Source of the DNA: Longimicrobiales bacterium
GTDB lineage: Bacteria > Gemmatimonadota > Gemmatimonadetes > Longimicrobiales > Gaopeijiaceae
Direction: 5' to 3'
NCBI GenBank assembly: GCA_965202805.1
Contig: OZ241869.1
Span: 1,216,001-1,280,000, forward strand
Length of the DNA: 64,000 nt
In this document: positions 1 to 9,611 of the stretch, in pieces
Layout of the letters: every line of letters begins with the position of its first letter
Position numbering within the stretch: the first letter of the stretch is position 1
Notes under the pieces: generated by a model
What the model was told of the DNA's origin: nothing
The model's database searches: none
The model's input: only the letters and a program-made list of their open reading frames with translations
Program-made: the position numbers and the translations under genes

Positions 1-4
1 ATCC

Positions 5-1189
5 ATGACCCAGCCCTCCTCAACGATAGAACCGCCGGATCATCGGCTTGCGACGCTCGCGATTCACGGGGGACAGGCGCCGGAGCCGCACACCGGCTCC
101 ATCATGCCCCCCATCTTCCAGACCTCGACCTATGTGCAGCCGGGACTGGACCAGGGATGGCCCTGGGAATACGCGCGCGTCCAGAACCCTACCCGCGAAG
201 CCCTGGAACGCAACCTCGCCGCCCTGGAAGCGGCAGCCCACGGCATCGCCTTCGCGAGCGGGATGGCCGCCATCGACTGCGTGGCCCGCCTGCTTTCGGA
301 GGGTGACCACGTCGTCTGCGAGGAGAACACCTACGGCGGGACGACGCGGCTGGCCACGCAGGTCCTGAACCGGGCCGGCCTCGCCTTCTCGTTCGTGGAT
401 TCGAGGGATCCGCAGCGCATCCGGGACGCGCTCCGGCCGAACACGCGGCTGGTCCTGCTCGAAACCCCCACCAACCCGATGATGCGCCTGTGCGACCTGC
501 GCGCGGCCGCCGAAGCTACCCGGGACGCCGGCGTGCTCCTCTGCGTCGACAACACCTTCGCGACGCCCGTGAACCAGCGCCCCCACGAGACGGGCGCGGA
601 CATCGTGATGCACTCGACCACGAAGTACCTGAACGGCCACAGCGACATCATCGGCGGGGTCCTTACGGTGCGCGACCCCGACCTGGACGACCGTCTGCGC
701 TTCCTGCGCAAGTCCACCGGCGCCGTGCCCGGCCCAATGGACTGCTGGCTCTGCCTGCGCGGCACCAAGACCCTGAACGTGCGCATGCGCGAACACAACG
801 CCAACGGGCTGACGGTGGCGCGCTTCCTGCAGAGCCACCCGGCAGTCGACGAGGTGTACTACCCGGGCCTTTCCTCGCACCCGCAGCACGAACTGGCCGC
901 GCGCCAGATGACCGGGTTCAGCGGCATGGTGTCCGTCACCCTGCCGAGCGAGGACGCGGTGCGCCGGCTGGTGGAGGGCACGCGCATCTTCGCGCTGGCG
1001 GAGAGCCTGGGCGGGGTGGAATCGCTCATCTCGGTGCCCGCGCTCATGACCCACGCGTCGGTACCCCGCGAGCGCAGGGAGGAGATGGGGGTCAGCGGCC
1101 GCCTGGTGCGGCTGTCGGTGGGAATCGAGGACCCGCGGGACCTGCTCGAGGATCTCGACCGGGCCCTGTCCCGCGGATCCGGCGGTTGA
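5..1189 (+). CDS. PLP-dependent trans-sulfuration enzyme (cystathionine gamma-synthase/gamma-lyase family)
   Basis: Motifs PPIFQTSTY, YARxxNPT, FASGMAA, ETPTNP, DNTF, HSTTKYLNGHSD (PLP lysine), AESLGGVESL, RLSVGIE. Confidence 0.93.
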   Translation: MTQPSSTIEPPDHRLATLAIHGGQAPEPHTGSIMPPIFQTSTYVQPGLDQGWPWEYARVQNPTREALERNLAALEAAAHGIAFASGMAAIDCVARLLSEGDHVVCEENTYGGTTRLATQVLNRAGLAFSFVDSRDPQRIRDALRPNTRLVLLETPTNPMMRLCDLRAAAEATRDAGVLLCVDNTFATPVNQRPHETGADIVMHSTTKYLNGHSDIIGGVLTVRDPDLDDRLRFLRKSTGAVPGPMDCWLCLRGTKTLNVRMREHNANGLTVARFLQSHPAVDEVYYPGLSSHPQHELAARQMTGFSGMVSVTLPSEDAVRRLVEGTRIFALAESLGGVESLISVPALMTHASVPRERREEMGVSGRLVRLSVGIEDPRDLLEDLDRALSRGSGG

Positions 1190-1329
1190 TGGACTCCCGG
1201 AAATATGGCGGAAGGGCGCCGAAACCTCGGTTCCGGGCAGGGCGTACGAGAACCGACCACGGCGGGGGGGAGCCCGGCGCGGCCAACACGGATACCAGGA
1301 CGCGAGGCGTCCGCTAAAGGAGAATCACC

Positions 1330-2361
1330 ATGGACGGTTCTGACGCAGACCGTGTCAACGGCGCGGCCGAGAACGCCAATGGAAACAACGGCGGCGCACC
1401 CCACGCACACGCGCGCCGCATACTCACGGGCATATCGTCGCGTTCGTGGGAACACCCCGCGGATCGCGCGGCCCTCGCCGCACTGCGCAAGCTTCCCGTC
1501 TTCGACGAAGTCCTGAAGACCCTCTTCGGCTTCTTCGGCGAGAAGCCCATCCGGCTGGCCTTCCAGGCGAACGCGCTGCGGGTGAGCGAGCACCAGTACG
1601 GGCACATCTACGAGCGATACCGGGACATCGTGGAAACGCTGGACACCGAGGAGTACCCGCTCTACGTCTCCCAGACACCGATCGCCAACGCCGGCGCCTA
1701 CGGCATGGACAAGCCCTTCATCATCCTCAACTCGGGCACCGTCCTGATTCTGAACGATGATGAGCTGTCCTTCATTCTGGGCCACGAAGTGGGCCACATC
1801 GTGAGCGGCCACGTGCTCTACCGCACGATGATGGTGCTGCTGATCCAGCTTGCCAGCCTGGGGTTCCCGATCGTCGGACTCGCCGCGCGGGCCGTGCTCA
1901 TGGGGCTGCTGGAGTGGTCCCGCAAGAGCGAGCTTTCCTCGGATCGCGCCGGGCTGCTCTCCATCCAGGACGCGGATGTCGCGATGACCGCCATGATGAA
2001 GATGGCGGGCGGCGGCACCTCCTCCAACCTCGACCTCGGCGAGTTCGTGCGCCAGGCCGAGGATTACCGGGAGGGCGGAGATGTGGCCGACCACGTCTTC
2101 AAGGTGCTCAACCTGCTCGGCGTCACCCATCCGTTCTGGGTGCTCCGGCTCTCCGAGGTGCGGAGCTGGATCGAGAGCGGAGAGTACGATCGCATCGTGG
2201 CGGGAGAGTATCCGCGCCGCGACGACCCCGACCCGTCCTACCGCGACGACATCTCGTCGGCGGCCGAGGCCTACGCGGAGGAGGCCCGCAGCTTCATCGG
2301 ATCCATGCGCGGGGCCGCCCGCAGAATGGGCGACTCGATCAGGGACAACATCCGCCGATAG
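1330..2361 (+). CDS. M48 family zinc metallopeptidase
   Basis: ANAGAYG, GHEVGH (HExxH), ELSSDRAG and THP motifs; AAAGGAG RBS upstream of the ATG. Confidence 0.88.
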   Translation: MDGSDADRVNGAAENANGNNGGAPHAHARRILTGISSRSWEHPADRAALAALRKLPVFDEVLKTLFGFFGEKPIRLAFQANALRVSEHQYGHIYERYRDIVETLDTEEYPLYVSQTPIANAGAYGMDKPFIILNSGTVLILNDDELSFILGHEVGHIVSGHVLYRTMMVLLIQLASLGFPIVGLAARAVLMGLLEWSRKSELSSDRAGLLSIQDADVAMTAMMKMAGGGTSSNLDLGEFVRQAEDYREGGDVADHVFKVLNLLGVTHPFWVLRLSEVRSWIESGEYDRIVAGEYPRRDDPDPSYRDDISSAAEAYAEEARSFIGSMRGAARRMGDSIRDNIRR

Positions 2362-2377
2362 CCCCGGAACCACTGGC

Positions 2378-3655
2378 ATGCGCATTCTGATCGTCGGCAA
2401 CGGAGGGCGCGAGCACGCACTGCTCTGGAAGCTCCGCCGGGACGCACCCGACGCCAACTTCCACGCTACGCACCCCAACGCCGGGATGGCGGGACTGGCG
2501 CGGGCGGTCGACATCTCCCCGACGGACGTGCGGGCGCTGACTTCGTGGGCGGAGACCCAAAGGATGGACCTGGTGGTGATCGGCCCGGAGGTTCCGCTCG
2601 CGCTGGGTCTCGCGGACCGCCTGGAGGCGGCGGGCGTGCCCGCGTTCGGACCCTCGCGGGCAGCCGCGCGCATCGAATCGAGCAAGGCCTTCGCCAAGGA
2701 TCTCATGAGCGCCGCGGGCGTGCCCACCGCCGACTACCGCGTCTTCACCGACGCGGGGCGCGCCGAGGCGTACGTGTTGGAGGGGGGCGGGCCGTGCGTG
2801 GTGAAGGCCTCCGGCCTGGCGGCGGGAAAGGGCGCGATCGTGTGCGACGATCCGGATGAGGCCCGCGTCGCGATCCGGCAGATGCTCGTGGAGGGCAGCA
2901 TGGGCGATGCCGGACGCGAGGTCGTGATCGAAGAACGCATGACCGGCGAGGAGCTCAGCGTCTTCGCACTCGCCGACGGGCAACGGGCCGTCCCGCTGGT
3001 GGCCTCTCAGGACCACAAGCGGATCGGCGAGGGCGACACCGGACCCAACACCGGCGGCATGGGGGCGTACGCGCCGGTCTCCCTGGCCACCGCCGACCTG
3101 ATCGCGCGGGTCGGCGACGAGATCCTGGATCCCGTGCTGGACGCCCTCGCCGGGGCCGGCTGTCCCTTCCGCGGCCTCCTGTACGCCGGTCTGATGCTTA
3201 CCGAGGAGGGTCCCAGGGTGGTCGAGTTCAACTGCCGCTTCGGGGACCCCGAGACCCAGGTGGTGCTTCCCTTGCTCGACGGTTCACTGCTGGACCCGAT
3301 GATGGCGGTCGCCGACGGCAGCGGACTCGCAGGATACCGTGCCGCCACCGCCGCAGGGGCCGCGGTGACCACCGTGCTGGCGGCCGGGGGGTATCCGGGG
3401 TCCTACCCGACGGGCGCCGGCATGGACATCCCTCAATCGCTGACGGACGACCCCGACGTCGTGCTCTTCCACGCGGGCACCCGCCGCCGCGATGGTGCGG
3501 TGCTGACCGCGGGAGGGCGCGTGCTCGCCGCGACCGGACTCGGCAACACGCTGGCGGAGGCCGCGGAGCGTTCCCGGCGCGCCGCGCGCGAGATCCGCTT
3601 TGAAGGCAAGTACTTCCGTTCCGACATCGGATGGCGCGAACTGGCGAGAAGCTGA
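2378..3655 (+). CDS. purD: Phosphoribosylamine--glycine ligase
   Basis: [15 protein letters not shown] start, [43 protein letters not shown]. Start reset from 2081 to the ATG at 2378. Confidence 0.97.
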   Translation: MRILIVGNGGREHALLWKLRRDAPDANFHATHPNAGMAGLARAVDISPTDVRALTSWAETQRMDLVVIGPEVPLALGLADRLEAAGVPAFGPSRAAARIESSKAFAKDLMSAAGVPTADYRVFTDAGRAEAYVLEGGGPCVVKASGLAAGKGAIVCDDPDEARVAIRQMLVEGSMGDAGREVVIEERMTGEELSVFALADGQRAVPLVASQDHKRIGEGDTGPNTGGMGAYAPVSLATADLIARVGDEILDPVLDALAGAGCPFRGLLYAGLMLTEEGPRVVEFNCRFGDPETQVVLPLLDGSLLDPMMAVADGSGLAGYRAATAAGAAVTTVLAAGGYPGSYPTGAGMDIPQSLTDDPDVVLFHAGTRRRDGAVLTAGGRVLAATGLGNTLAEAAERSRRAAREIRFEGKYFRSDIGWRELARS

Positions 3656-3726
3656 CTCGCGCGCGGATTCCGGAGCCGGGCAAGGCCGGGGCACAACATG
3701 GACAACCCGACCCAGGAAACGAGACC

Positions 3727-4035
3727 ATGATCATTACGACCACGCCAACGCTCGAAGGACGTCCGGTGCGCGACTATCTCGGCATCGTCACCGGGGAGGC
3801 GATCATCGGGGCCAACATCTTCAAGGACCTGTTCGCCGCCGTCCGGGATGTCGTGGGTGGACGCTCCAGCGCATACGAGCGCGCCCTGAGCAACGCACGC
3901 GCGCACGCCCTGCGCGAGATGGCCGAGCGCGCCGCCGACCGGGGCGCCAACGCGGTCGTGTCCGTCGATCTGGACTACGAGGTGATCAACAACATGCTCA
4001 TGGTGACCGCCGCGGGCACCGCCGTGGAGACATGA
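3727..4035 (+). CDS. YbjQ/UPF0145 family protein
   Basis: [11 protein letters not shown]...[12 protein letters not shown]...[10 protein letters not shown]...GANAVV.VDLDYE...GTAV. Confidence 0.92.
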   Translation: MIITTTPTLEGRPVRDYLGIVTGEAIIGANIFKDLFAAVRDVVGGRSSAYERALSNARAHALREMAERAADRGANAVVSVDLDYEVINNMLMVTAAGTAVET

Positions 4036-4080
4036 GCCGCATCTCTTCGCCCTCACCCGCCTCCAGCCGCCAGGGTCAGA

Positions 4081-4911
4081 CTGCCCGAGCTTCCTGAAGC
4101 AGAGACGATCGCGCGCGGCCTCGCGCCGCACCTCTCCGGCCGGACCATCTCCGGCGTGCGGGTACGGCACCCCGACCTGCTGTCGGAACCGGCCGGCGCC
4201 TTTGCCCGCGGGATGAGGGGCGCAGAGATCGACCATGTGGGGCGAAGGGGCAAGAACGTGGTGTGGTTCTGCTCCCCGGATACGGTTCTGGTCATCAACC
4301 TGGGAATGACCGGCCGCCTTCTGTTCCATCCGCGCGACGACCCCACACCGCTCCCCGTCCACACGGGCGTCATCTTCGCCCTGGCCGGAGGCGACGCGGC
4401 CGTCTACAGCGACGTACGCCGTTTCGGGCGGTTGCAGCGCTTCTCAGGGCGCTCGTGGCGGCGCTGGTCGCGCACGCTGGGACTCGAACCGCTCAGCCGT
4501 TCGTTCACCGCCCGCCGTCTGGCAGGCGAACTCGCGCGCTCCCGCTCCCCGATCCGTTCGTGGCTGCTCGACCAGAGGCGCGTGGCCGGGATCGGAAACA
4601 TCTACGCGAACGAGGCGCTGTTCCTGGCCGGCATCCATCCGGCCGTGCCGGCGCGCGCGATTCCGGCGGCGAAGGTCGCGCCGCTCCACCGAGCCATACG
4701 CAGGGTGCTGCGAGCCGCCATCGCCGCCTGCGGCACGACCCTGCGGGACTACCGCGACCCTGCCGGGCTGGAAGGATCGTTCGGTCCCCGTCTGGTGATA
4801 TACGGTCGAGAAGACCAGCCTTGCGTAAAGTGTCCAGGGGTCGTCCTGAGGACGGTGATCAGCAACCGATCGGCGTTCCATTGTCCCCGCTGCCAGCCGC
4901 CGCCTCAATGA
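4081..4911 (+). CDS. mutM: Formamidopyrimidine-DNA glycosylase/AP lyase (probable CTG start)
   Basis: PELPE begins at 4084, preceded by CTG; RRGK, LGMTG, GIGNIYANEALF and C-terminal zinc finger CVKC...CPRCQ. Confidence 0.95.
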   Translation: MPELPEAETIARGLAPHLSGRTISGVRVRHPDLLSEPAGAFARGMRGAEIDHVGRRGKNVVWFCSPDTVLVINLGMTGRLLFHPRDDPTPLPVHTGVIFALAGGDAAVYSDVRRFGRLQRFSGRSWRRWSRTLGLEPLSRSFTARRLAGELARSRSPIRSWLLDQRRVAGIGNIYANEALFLAGIHPAVPARAIPAAKVAPLHRAIRRVLRAAIAACGTTLRDYRDPAGLEGSFGPRLVIYGREDQPCVKCPGVVLRTVISNRSAFHCPRCQPPPQ

Positions 4912-6542
4912 CCAGCAGCCCGTGGATGAATCCGCCCGAGCACCGAGAGCGGCGAGGCGCCGGACCGGCAGAGCGCTCCCGAGGCGCCGGGCCCGCAAGG
5001 CGCTCCCTAGGCCGGTCGGCAGCACGTTTCCGCAGGCGAGCGGGGTGGCTCCTGCCGGCCGCGATTCCGGCTGCGCTCAGCCTGGTTGCAATGCCGGCTT
5101 CGGGTCAGGACGGCATCGTCCCCGACCTTCCCGTGCAGGAGCTGACGCTCGATAACGGCCTGCGCCTTCTCATTCTCCCGCGGCCCTCGGCTCCCACGGT
5201 GGCGTTCGTCGTCGAGTACGCGGTGGGCGGCGTGAACGAGACGCTCGGGTCGACCGGCACGGCCCATCTCCTCGAGCACATGCTCTTCAAGGGCACCACG
5301 ACGGTCGGCACCCGCGACGTGGAAGCCGAACTCGACCTCTTTGCGCGCATGGACGCCGCCCACGACTCCCTGCTCGCCGAGTCGTCCACGGCGGCGCCCG
5401 ACACCACCCGCCTCCGGGCTCTCAGGGACCGCGTGGAGACCTACGAGGGCCAGGCACAGACCCCGGTGGTATCCAACGAGTTCAGCCGCATCTTCAACCG
5501 CAACGGAGCCCGCAACCTCAACGCGACCACCTCCTCGGAGGCCACCACCTATTTCGTCGAGCTGCCGGCGAACCGGGCCAGGCTCTGGTTCCTGCTCGAG
5601 AGCGACCGGGCCCGCAATCCCGTCTTTCGCGAGTTCTACACCGAGCGCGACGTGGTCATGGAGGAGCGCCGTACCCGGGTGGACACCAACCCGGGAGGCC
5701 TGCTCCACGAGGTCCACCTGGCAACGGCGTTTCTGATGCACCCCTATGGGGTTCCGGTGGTCGGGTACATGTCCGACCTGGAGCGGCTGTCGCGGCGCGA
5801 CGTCGAGGAATACCACCGGCGCTACTACGGCGCCCGCAACGCCGTGGTCGCGATCGTGGGCGACGTGGTGCCGGATTCGATCGTGGCCTGGGCGCGGGAC
5901 TACCTGGGCGACATCCGGCCCGGTGACCCCCCGCCCCCGGTCCTCGCCGTCGAGCCCCCGCAGCGCGGCGAGCGCCGCGTGGAGTTGGTGATGGACGCCG
6001 AGCCGCAGCTGCGGGTGGGGTGGCATACGGTGAGCGGGCATCACCCGGACAGCCCGGCGCTGACCATGCTGGCGTCCGTGCTGTCGGGGCGGCGCACCGC
6101 CCGCCTATACCGGCGCCTGGTCACGCAGGACCGCCTGGCCGCCGCGGTCACGGCATCCACCGTACCGGGATCGCGCTTCCCCGGACAGTTCGTGGTTCAC
6201 GTAACGCCTCGCGCTCCAGGCACGCCCGCCGACATCGAAGCGGCCCTCTACGAAGAGATCGAGCGCCTCGCGCTGGAACCTCCCGAACAGAGGGAACTGC
6301 AGCGAGTGCGCAACCAGCTGGTGGCGTCCGGCGTGCGCCGGCTGCAGTCCAACCTGGGACTCGCACTTCAGCTCGCCGGCTCGGTCACCCGCTTCGGAGA
6401 CTGGCGGACCACCTTCGAGCGGACGGCCCTGCTCTACGACGTCCAGCCCGCCGACGTGCAGCGGGTGGTGCAAACCTACTTCACGCGCGACAACCGAACC
6501 GTCGCCACCCTCGTGAAGCGCACCGCGGATACGGACCCGTGA
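4908..6542 (+). CDS. M16 (pitrilysin/insulinase) family peptidase, catalytic subunit, exported
   Basis: LDNGL, HLLEHMLFKG (HxxEH), NATTS, ERDVVMEERR, HPYG; signal-peptide-like segment; ATGA overlap with the mutM stop. Start uncertain. Confidence 0.88.
   Translation: MTSSPWMNPPEHRERRGAGPAERSRGAGPARRSLGRSAARFRRRAGWLLPAAIPAALSLVAMPASGQDGIVPDLPVQELTLDNGLRLLILPRPSAPTVAFVVEYAVGGVNETLGSTGTAHLLEHMLFKGTTTVGTRDVEAELDLFARMDAAHDSLLAESSTAAPDTTRLRALRDRVETYEGQAQTPVVSNEFSRIFNRNGARNLNATTSSEATTYFVELPANRARLWFLLESDRARNPVFREFYTERDVVMEERRTRVDTNPGGLLHEVHLATAFLMHPYGVPVVGYMSDLERLSRRDVEEYHRRYYGARNAVVAIVGDVVPDSIVAWARDYLGDIRPGDPPPPVLAVEPPQRGERRVELVMDAEPQLRVGWHTVSGHHPDSPALTMLASVLSGRRTARLYRRLVTQDRLAAAVTASTVPGSRFPGQFVVHVTPRAPGTPADIEAALYEEIERLALEPPEQRELQRVRNQLVASGVRRLQSNLGLALQLAGSVTRFGDWRTTFERTALLYDVQPADVQRVVQTYFTRDNRTVATLVKRTADTDP
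4953..5006 (+). repeat. 27-nt imperfect tandem duplication in the N-terminal extension of the M16 peptidase
   Basis: cgaggcgccggaccggcagagcgctcc followed by cgaggcgccgggcccgcaaggcgctcc (RGAGPAERS / RGAGPARRS). Confidence 0.75.
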
Positions 6543-8032
6543 TCAGGCCGGGGCCGGGGAGCCCGGCAATGATCGCCACCCTGCTCGCGGCGATGGCCGT
6601 CGCGGCGGAGGGAGTGACCGCGCAGAGGCCACCCGCGGACCGGGAGGCCATCGAGGCGCTTCGGTTCGACCCGCTGTCCTTCACCCCGCCCTCCGCGGCG
6701 GAGCACGAGATCGAGGGCGTGACGGTCTTCTTCCTGGAGGACCACTCCCTGCCCCTCGTCAACGTCTACGCGCGCTTCGCGGGCGGCTTCGGTCGCTTCG
6801 AACGCGAACTCTACGCCGCCACCACTGCCCTCCCCTCGCTGCTGCGCTTCGGGGGAACCATCGAACTGCACCCCGATTCCGTGGACGAACAGGTCGACCA
6901 GCACGCGCTGCAACTGGCATTCGGATCCTCGGGCGGGAGCACCTCCGCCACCCTCAACACGCTCACCGCCAACCTGGAGGCCGGCCTTCGCCTGTGGAAG
7001 GACATGCTCCTCCATCCCCGCTTCGATTCGGTGCAGGTGGAGGTGTGGCGCGGCCAGGAACTGGAGAGCGCCCTGCGCCGCCCCGACGACCCCGGCCGCC
7101 TCGCCTTCTCCGAGTTCAACCGGCTGATGTTCGGCGACCACCCCATCGGCTGGGAAATGGGACCCGGCGATCTCGAACCGGAGGATCTCTCGCGGGAAAA
7201 CCTGCTCGCCGCCCATGGACGCATCCTGTGTCGGGACAACCTGACGCTGGGCGTGTCGGGCAACCTCGAGTGGGCGGCGATCGAGCGCCACCTGCACGCC
7301 TTCCTCTCCGGATGGCCCGCCTGTGAGGGGACGCTGCCCGAGCCGCCGGTACCCGACATCCTGGACAACCCGGGGGTCTACCTGATCCCGCGGGAGCTGG
7401 ACCAGACGACCATCGTCATGGCGCACCGAAGCTCCATCCGCCAGGCGGACTCGCGCGACTACTTCGCCTCCCGCATCGCCAACTCCATCCTCGGATCCGG
7501 CGGCTTCTCGAGCCGCATCCTCAACCGGGTGCGCACCGAACTCGGCCTCTCCTACAGCGCGGGCTCCTTCTGGACCACCCCCGACGACAACGACGGCATC
7601 GTGGGCGCCCTCACGCGGACGAAGGGCGAATCGACCATCGCCGCAACGCGGGCGATCCTCGAGGTGATGGAGGAGATGCGCAACGCGCCGCCGGCGCGCG
7701 ACGAAGTGGAAGACGCGGTGGAGGCGGCGAGCAACGGCTTCTCGTTCAACTTCCAGGGGGCGATGCAGGTCGTAGCCCGACGCGTGCTGCACGAGGCCCA
7801 GGAGCTACCGGAAGACTGGCTGGAGCGGTATGTGGCGGGGGTGCAGCGGGTTTCCCCCGGCGACGTTCACAACGTCCTGCGGAGGCATCTGGACCCGGAG
7901 CGGATGGTCATCCTCATTCTCGGGGACCCGGCCCGGTTCGACCTGCCTGTCGAGACGCTGGGGGAGGTGACGGTCTGGGAAGTGGAGGGAATCTCCGACC
8001 CGGTTCCGCCGGTCGGACCTCCGCCCGGGTGA
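6539..8032 (+). CDS. M16 family peptidase, non-catalytic partner subunit
   Basis: EDHSLPLV, ILGSGGFSSR, VRTELGLSYS; no HxxEH; signal peptide; GTGA overlap with the upstream gene (alternative ATG at 6569). Confidence 0.85.
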   Translation: MIRPGPGSPAMIATLLAAMAVAAEGVTAQRPPADREAIEALRFDPLSFTPPSAAEHEIEGVTVFFLEDHSLPLVNVYARFAGGFGRFERELYAATTALPSLLRFGGTIELHPDSVDEQVDQHALQLAFGSSGGSTSATLNTLTANLEAGLRLWKDMLLHPRFDSVQVEVWRGQELESALRRPDDPGRLAFSEFNRLMFGDHPIGWEMGPGDLEPEDLSRENLLAAHGRILCRDNLTLGVSGNLEWAAIERHLHAFLSGWPACEGTLPEPPVPDILDNPGVYLIPRELDQTTIVMAHRSSIRQADSRDYFASRIANSILGSGGFSSRILNRVRTELGLSYSAGSFWTTPDDNDGIVGALTRTKGESTIAATRAILEVMEEMRNAPPARDEVEDAVEAASNGFSFNFQGAMQVVARRVLHEAQELPEDWLERYVAGVQRVSPGDVHNVLRRHLDPERMVILILGDPARFDLPVETLGEVTVWEVEGISDPVPPVGPPPG

Positions 8033-8064
8033 CGCGGGGACATTTGGGCGCGCCGTCCTCCCGG

Positions 8065-8793
8065 CTACCTCACGCCCACATGGATCGCCGCGATCCCGAA
8101 GGTCAGCAGTTGCCAGCGGACGGTCCGGAATCCCGCATTCAGGAACTCCCGGCCCAGTGCCTGCGGGCCCGGAAACTCACCGACCGAAGCCGGCAGATAG
8201 CTGTATGCCCACCGGTGCCCGGACACGATCCGTCCGACCGCCGGCAGGATGTGCCGGAAGTACCAGAGATAGGCGGCGCGGACGATCGGGTTCGGGGGGA
8301 TGGTGAACTCGAGAACGACCAAGGGGCTCCCGTCGCGCAGCACCCGGCGCAACTCCGCCAGCCCCACACCGAGGCCGGAGAGATTCCGCACCCCGAAGGC
8401 CACCATGGCGCCGTCGAAGGACTCGTCCGCAAAAGGCAGGCGTTGCGCGTCCCCGCACAGCGGATGCACGGCCAGACGGGCGCTCTTCCTCACCCCCCTG
8501 CGCAGCATGGGCTCCGCGAAATCGAGCGCCACCACCCTGCCCCGGAAGTCCCTGCGGGTGGCCAGCTCGATGGCCAGGTCGCAGGTGCCCGCGCAGGCAT
8601 CGAGGTACCGGGCCGAGTCGTGACGGGAATAGTCGAGCGCGCGCACGGCCCTCCGACGCCACCACCGATCGACGCTCAGGCTGAGCACGCGATTGAGGAG
8701 GTCGTATCGCGGCGCGATGCGCGAGAAGATGTCGTGCACCTGGCGCGCGCGATCCTCACCCGACGACGGCTGCGCTTCGGAAACGTTCATCAT
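8065..8793 (-). CDS. ubiE: UbiE/MenG family quinone biosynthesis C-methyltransferase
   Basis: FSRIAPRYDLLNRVLS, LDACAGTCDL, GDAQRLPF, FGVRN, YSYLPASV. Confidence 0.93.
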   Translation of the reverse strand: MMNVSEAQPSSGEDRARQVHDIFSRIAPRYDLLNRVLSLSVDRWWRRRAVRALDYSRHDSARYLDACAGTCDLAIELATRRDFRGRVVALDFAEPMLRRGVRKSARLAVHPLCGDAQRLPFADESFDGAMVAFGVRNLSGLGVGLAELRRVLRDGSPLVVLEFTIPPNPIVRAAYLWYFRHILPAVGRIVSGHRWAYSYLPASVGEFPGPQALGREFLNAGFRTVRWQLLTFGIAAIHVGVR

Positions 8794-8804
8794 CGATTCT
8801 CGTA
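8779..8804 (+). promoter_or_regulatory. Putative ECF (SigW-like) promoter upstream of the ECF sigma gene
   Basis: GGAAAC(8779-8784)-N16-CGTA(8801-8804), 27 nt before the sigma ATG. Confidence 0.6.
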
Positions 8805-8831
8805 CGGGACCGGGCGAACCTCATCCGGCGG

Positions 8832-9422
8832 ATGTCCTTGAACTACCAGAGCGTCGAAGACGCGGAACTCGTCACCCTCGCCGCCGAGGGTCGGGAGGGC
8901 GCCTATCGCGAACTGCTCTCCAGATACGAACGTCCCGTCTTCTCCCTCATCTACCGCATGGTGAGGAACCGCACCATCGCGGAAGACCTGGCGCAGGAAG
9001 CCTTCATCCGCACCTTCAACGCGATCGATACCTACAATCCCCAATACAAGTTCTCCAGCTGGATCTTCAAGATCGCAAACAACCTGACCATCGATCACCT
9101 GCGCAAGCGGCGCGTGCCCACGGTTTCCATGCACGGTGCCCCGGACGCGGTCACCCCTGAGGCCCAGGCGCGCACCAGCCTGGTGGTGCGGTCGCACGGA
9201 GAGAGCCCGGAGGAATACGTGCAGAACCGGGAACTCGCCAGCCAGATCGAGGAGGCGATCGGAGAGTTGCGCGACGAGTATCGGGTGGTCGTGCTGCTCC
9301 GCCACATCGAGGGACACACCTACGACGAGATCGCCCGCATCATGGAGATCCCGCTGGGCACGGTAAAGACCTACCTTCACCGGGCCAGGGCCGAGCTCAA
9401 GCTCCGGCTCGCCGAGGCATGA
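8832..9422 (+). CDS. ECF RNA polymerase sigma factor (SigW/RpoE-like)
   Basis: AEDLAQEAFIR, KFSSWIFKIANN..IDHLRKR, region 4 YDEIARIMEIPLGTVKTYLHRAR. Confidence 0.95.
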   Translation: MSLNYQSVEDAELVTLAAEGREGAYRELLSRYERPVFSLIYRMVRNRTIAEDLAQEAFIRTFNAIDTYNPQYKFSSWIFKIANNLTIDHLRKRRVPTVSMHGAPDAVTPEAQARTSLVVRSHGESPEEYVQNRELASQIEEAIGELRDEYRVVVLLRHIEGHTYDEIARIMEIPLGTVKTYLHRARAELKLRLAEA

Positions 9423-9440
9423 TTCGATGCTCAGGGACGC

Positions 9441-9466
9441 GAAACTTCCCCGGGGCTCGTGCCGTA
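9441..9466 (+). promoter_or_regulatory. Second putative ECF promoter, between the sigma and anti-sigma genes
   Basis: GAAAC(9441-9445)-N17-CGTA(9463-9466). Confidence 0.45.
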
Positions 9467-9611
9467 CGCCGGGAGAGCCGATGCACGGCACGGATGTTTG
9501 GACTACGATGACCCCGGATCCCGGAGATCCCGCGAGAATGGGAACGCCACGACAGACGGAGGCAGGGGCAGGCCGCAGATGAATTCGGACCGATCCAGCT
9601 GCTGCGGGCGC

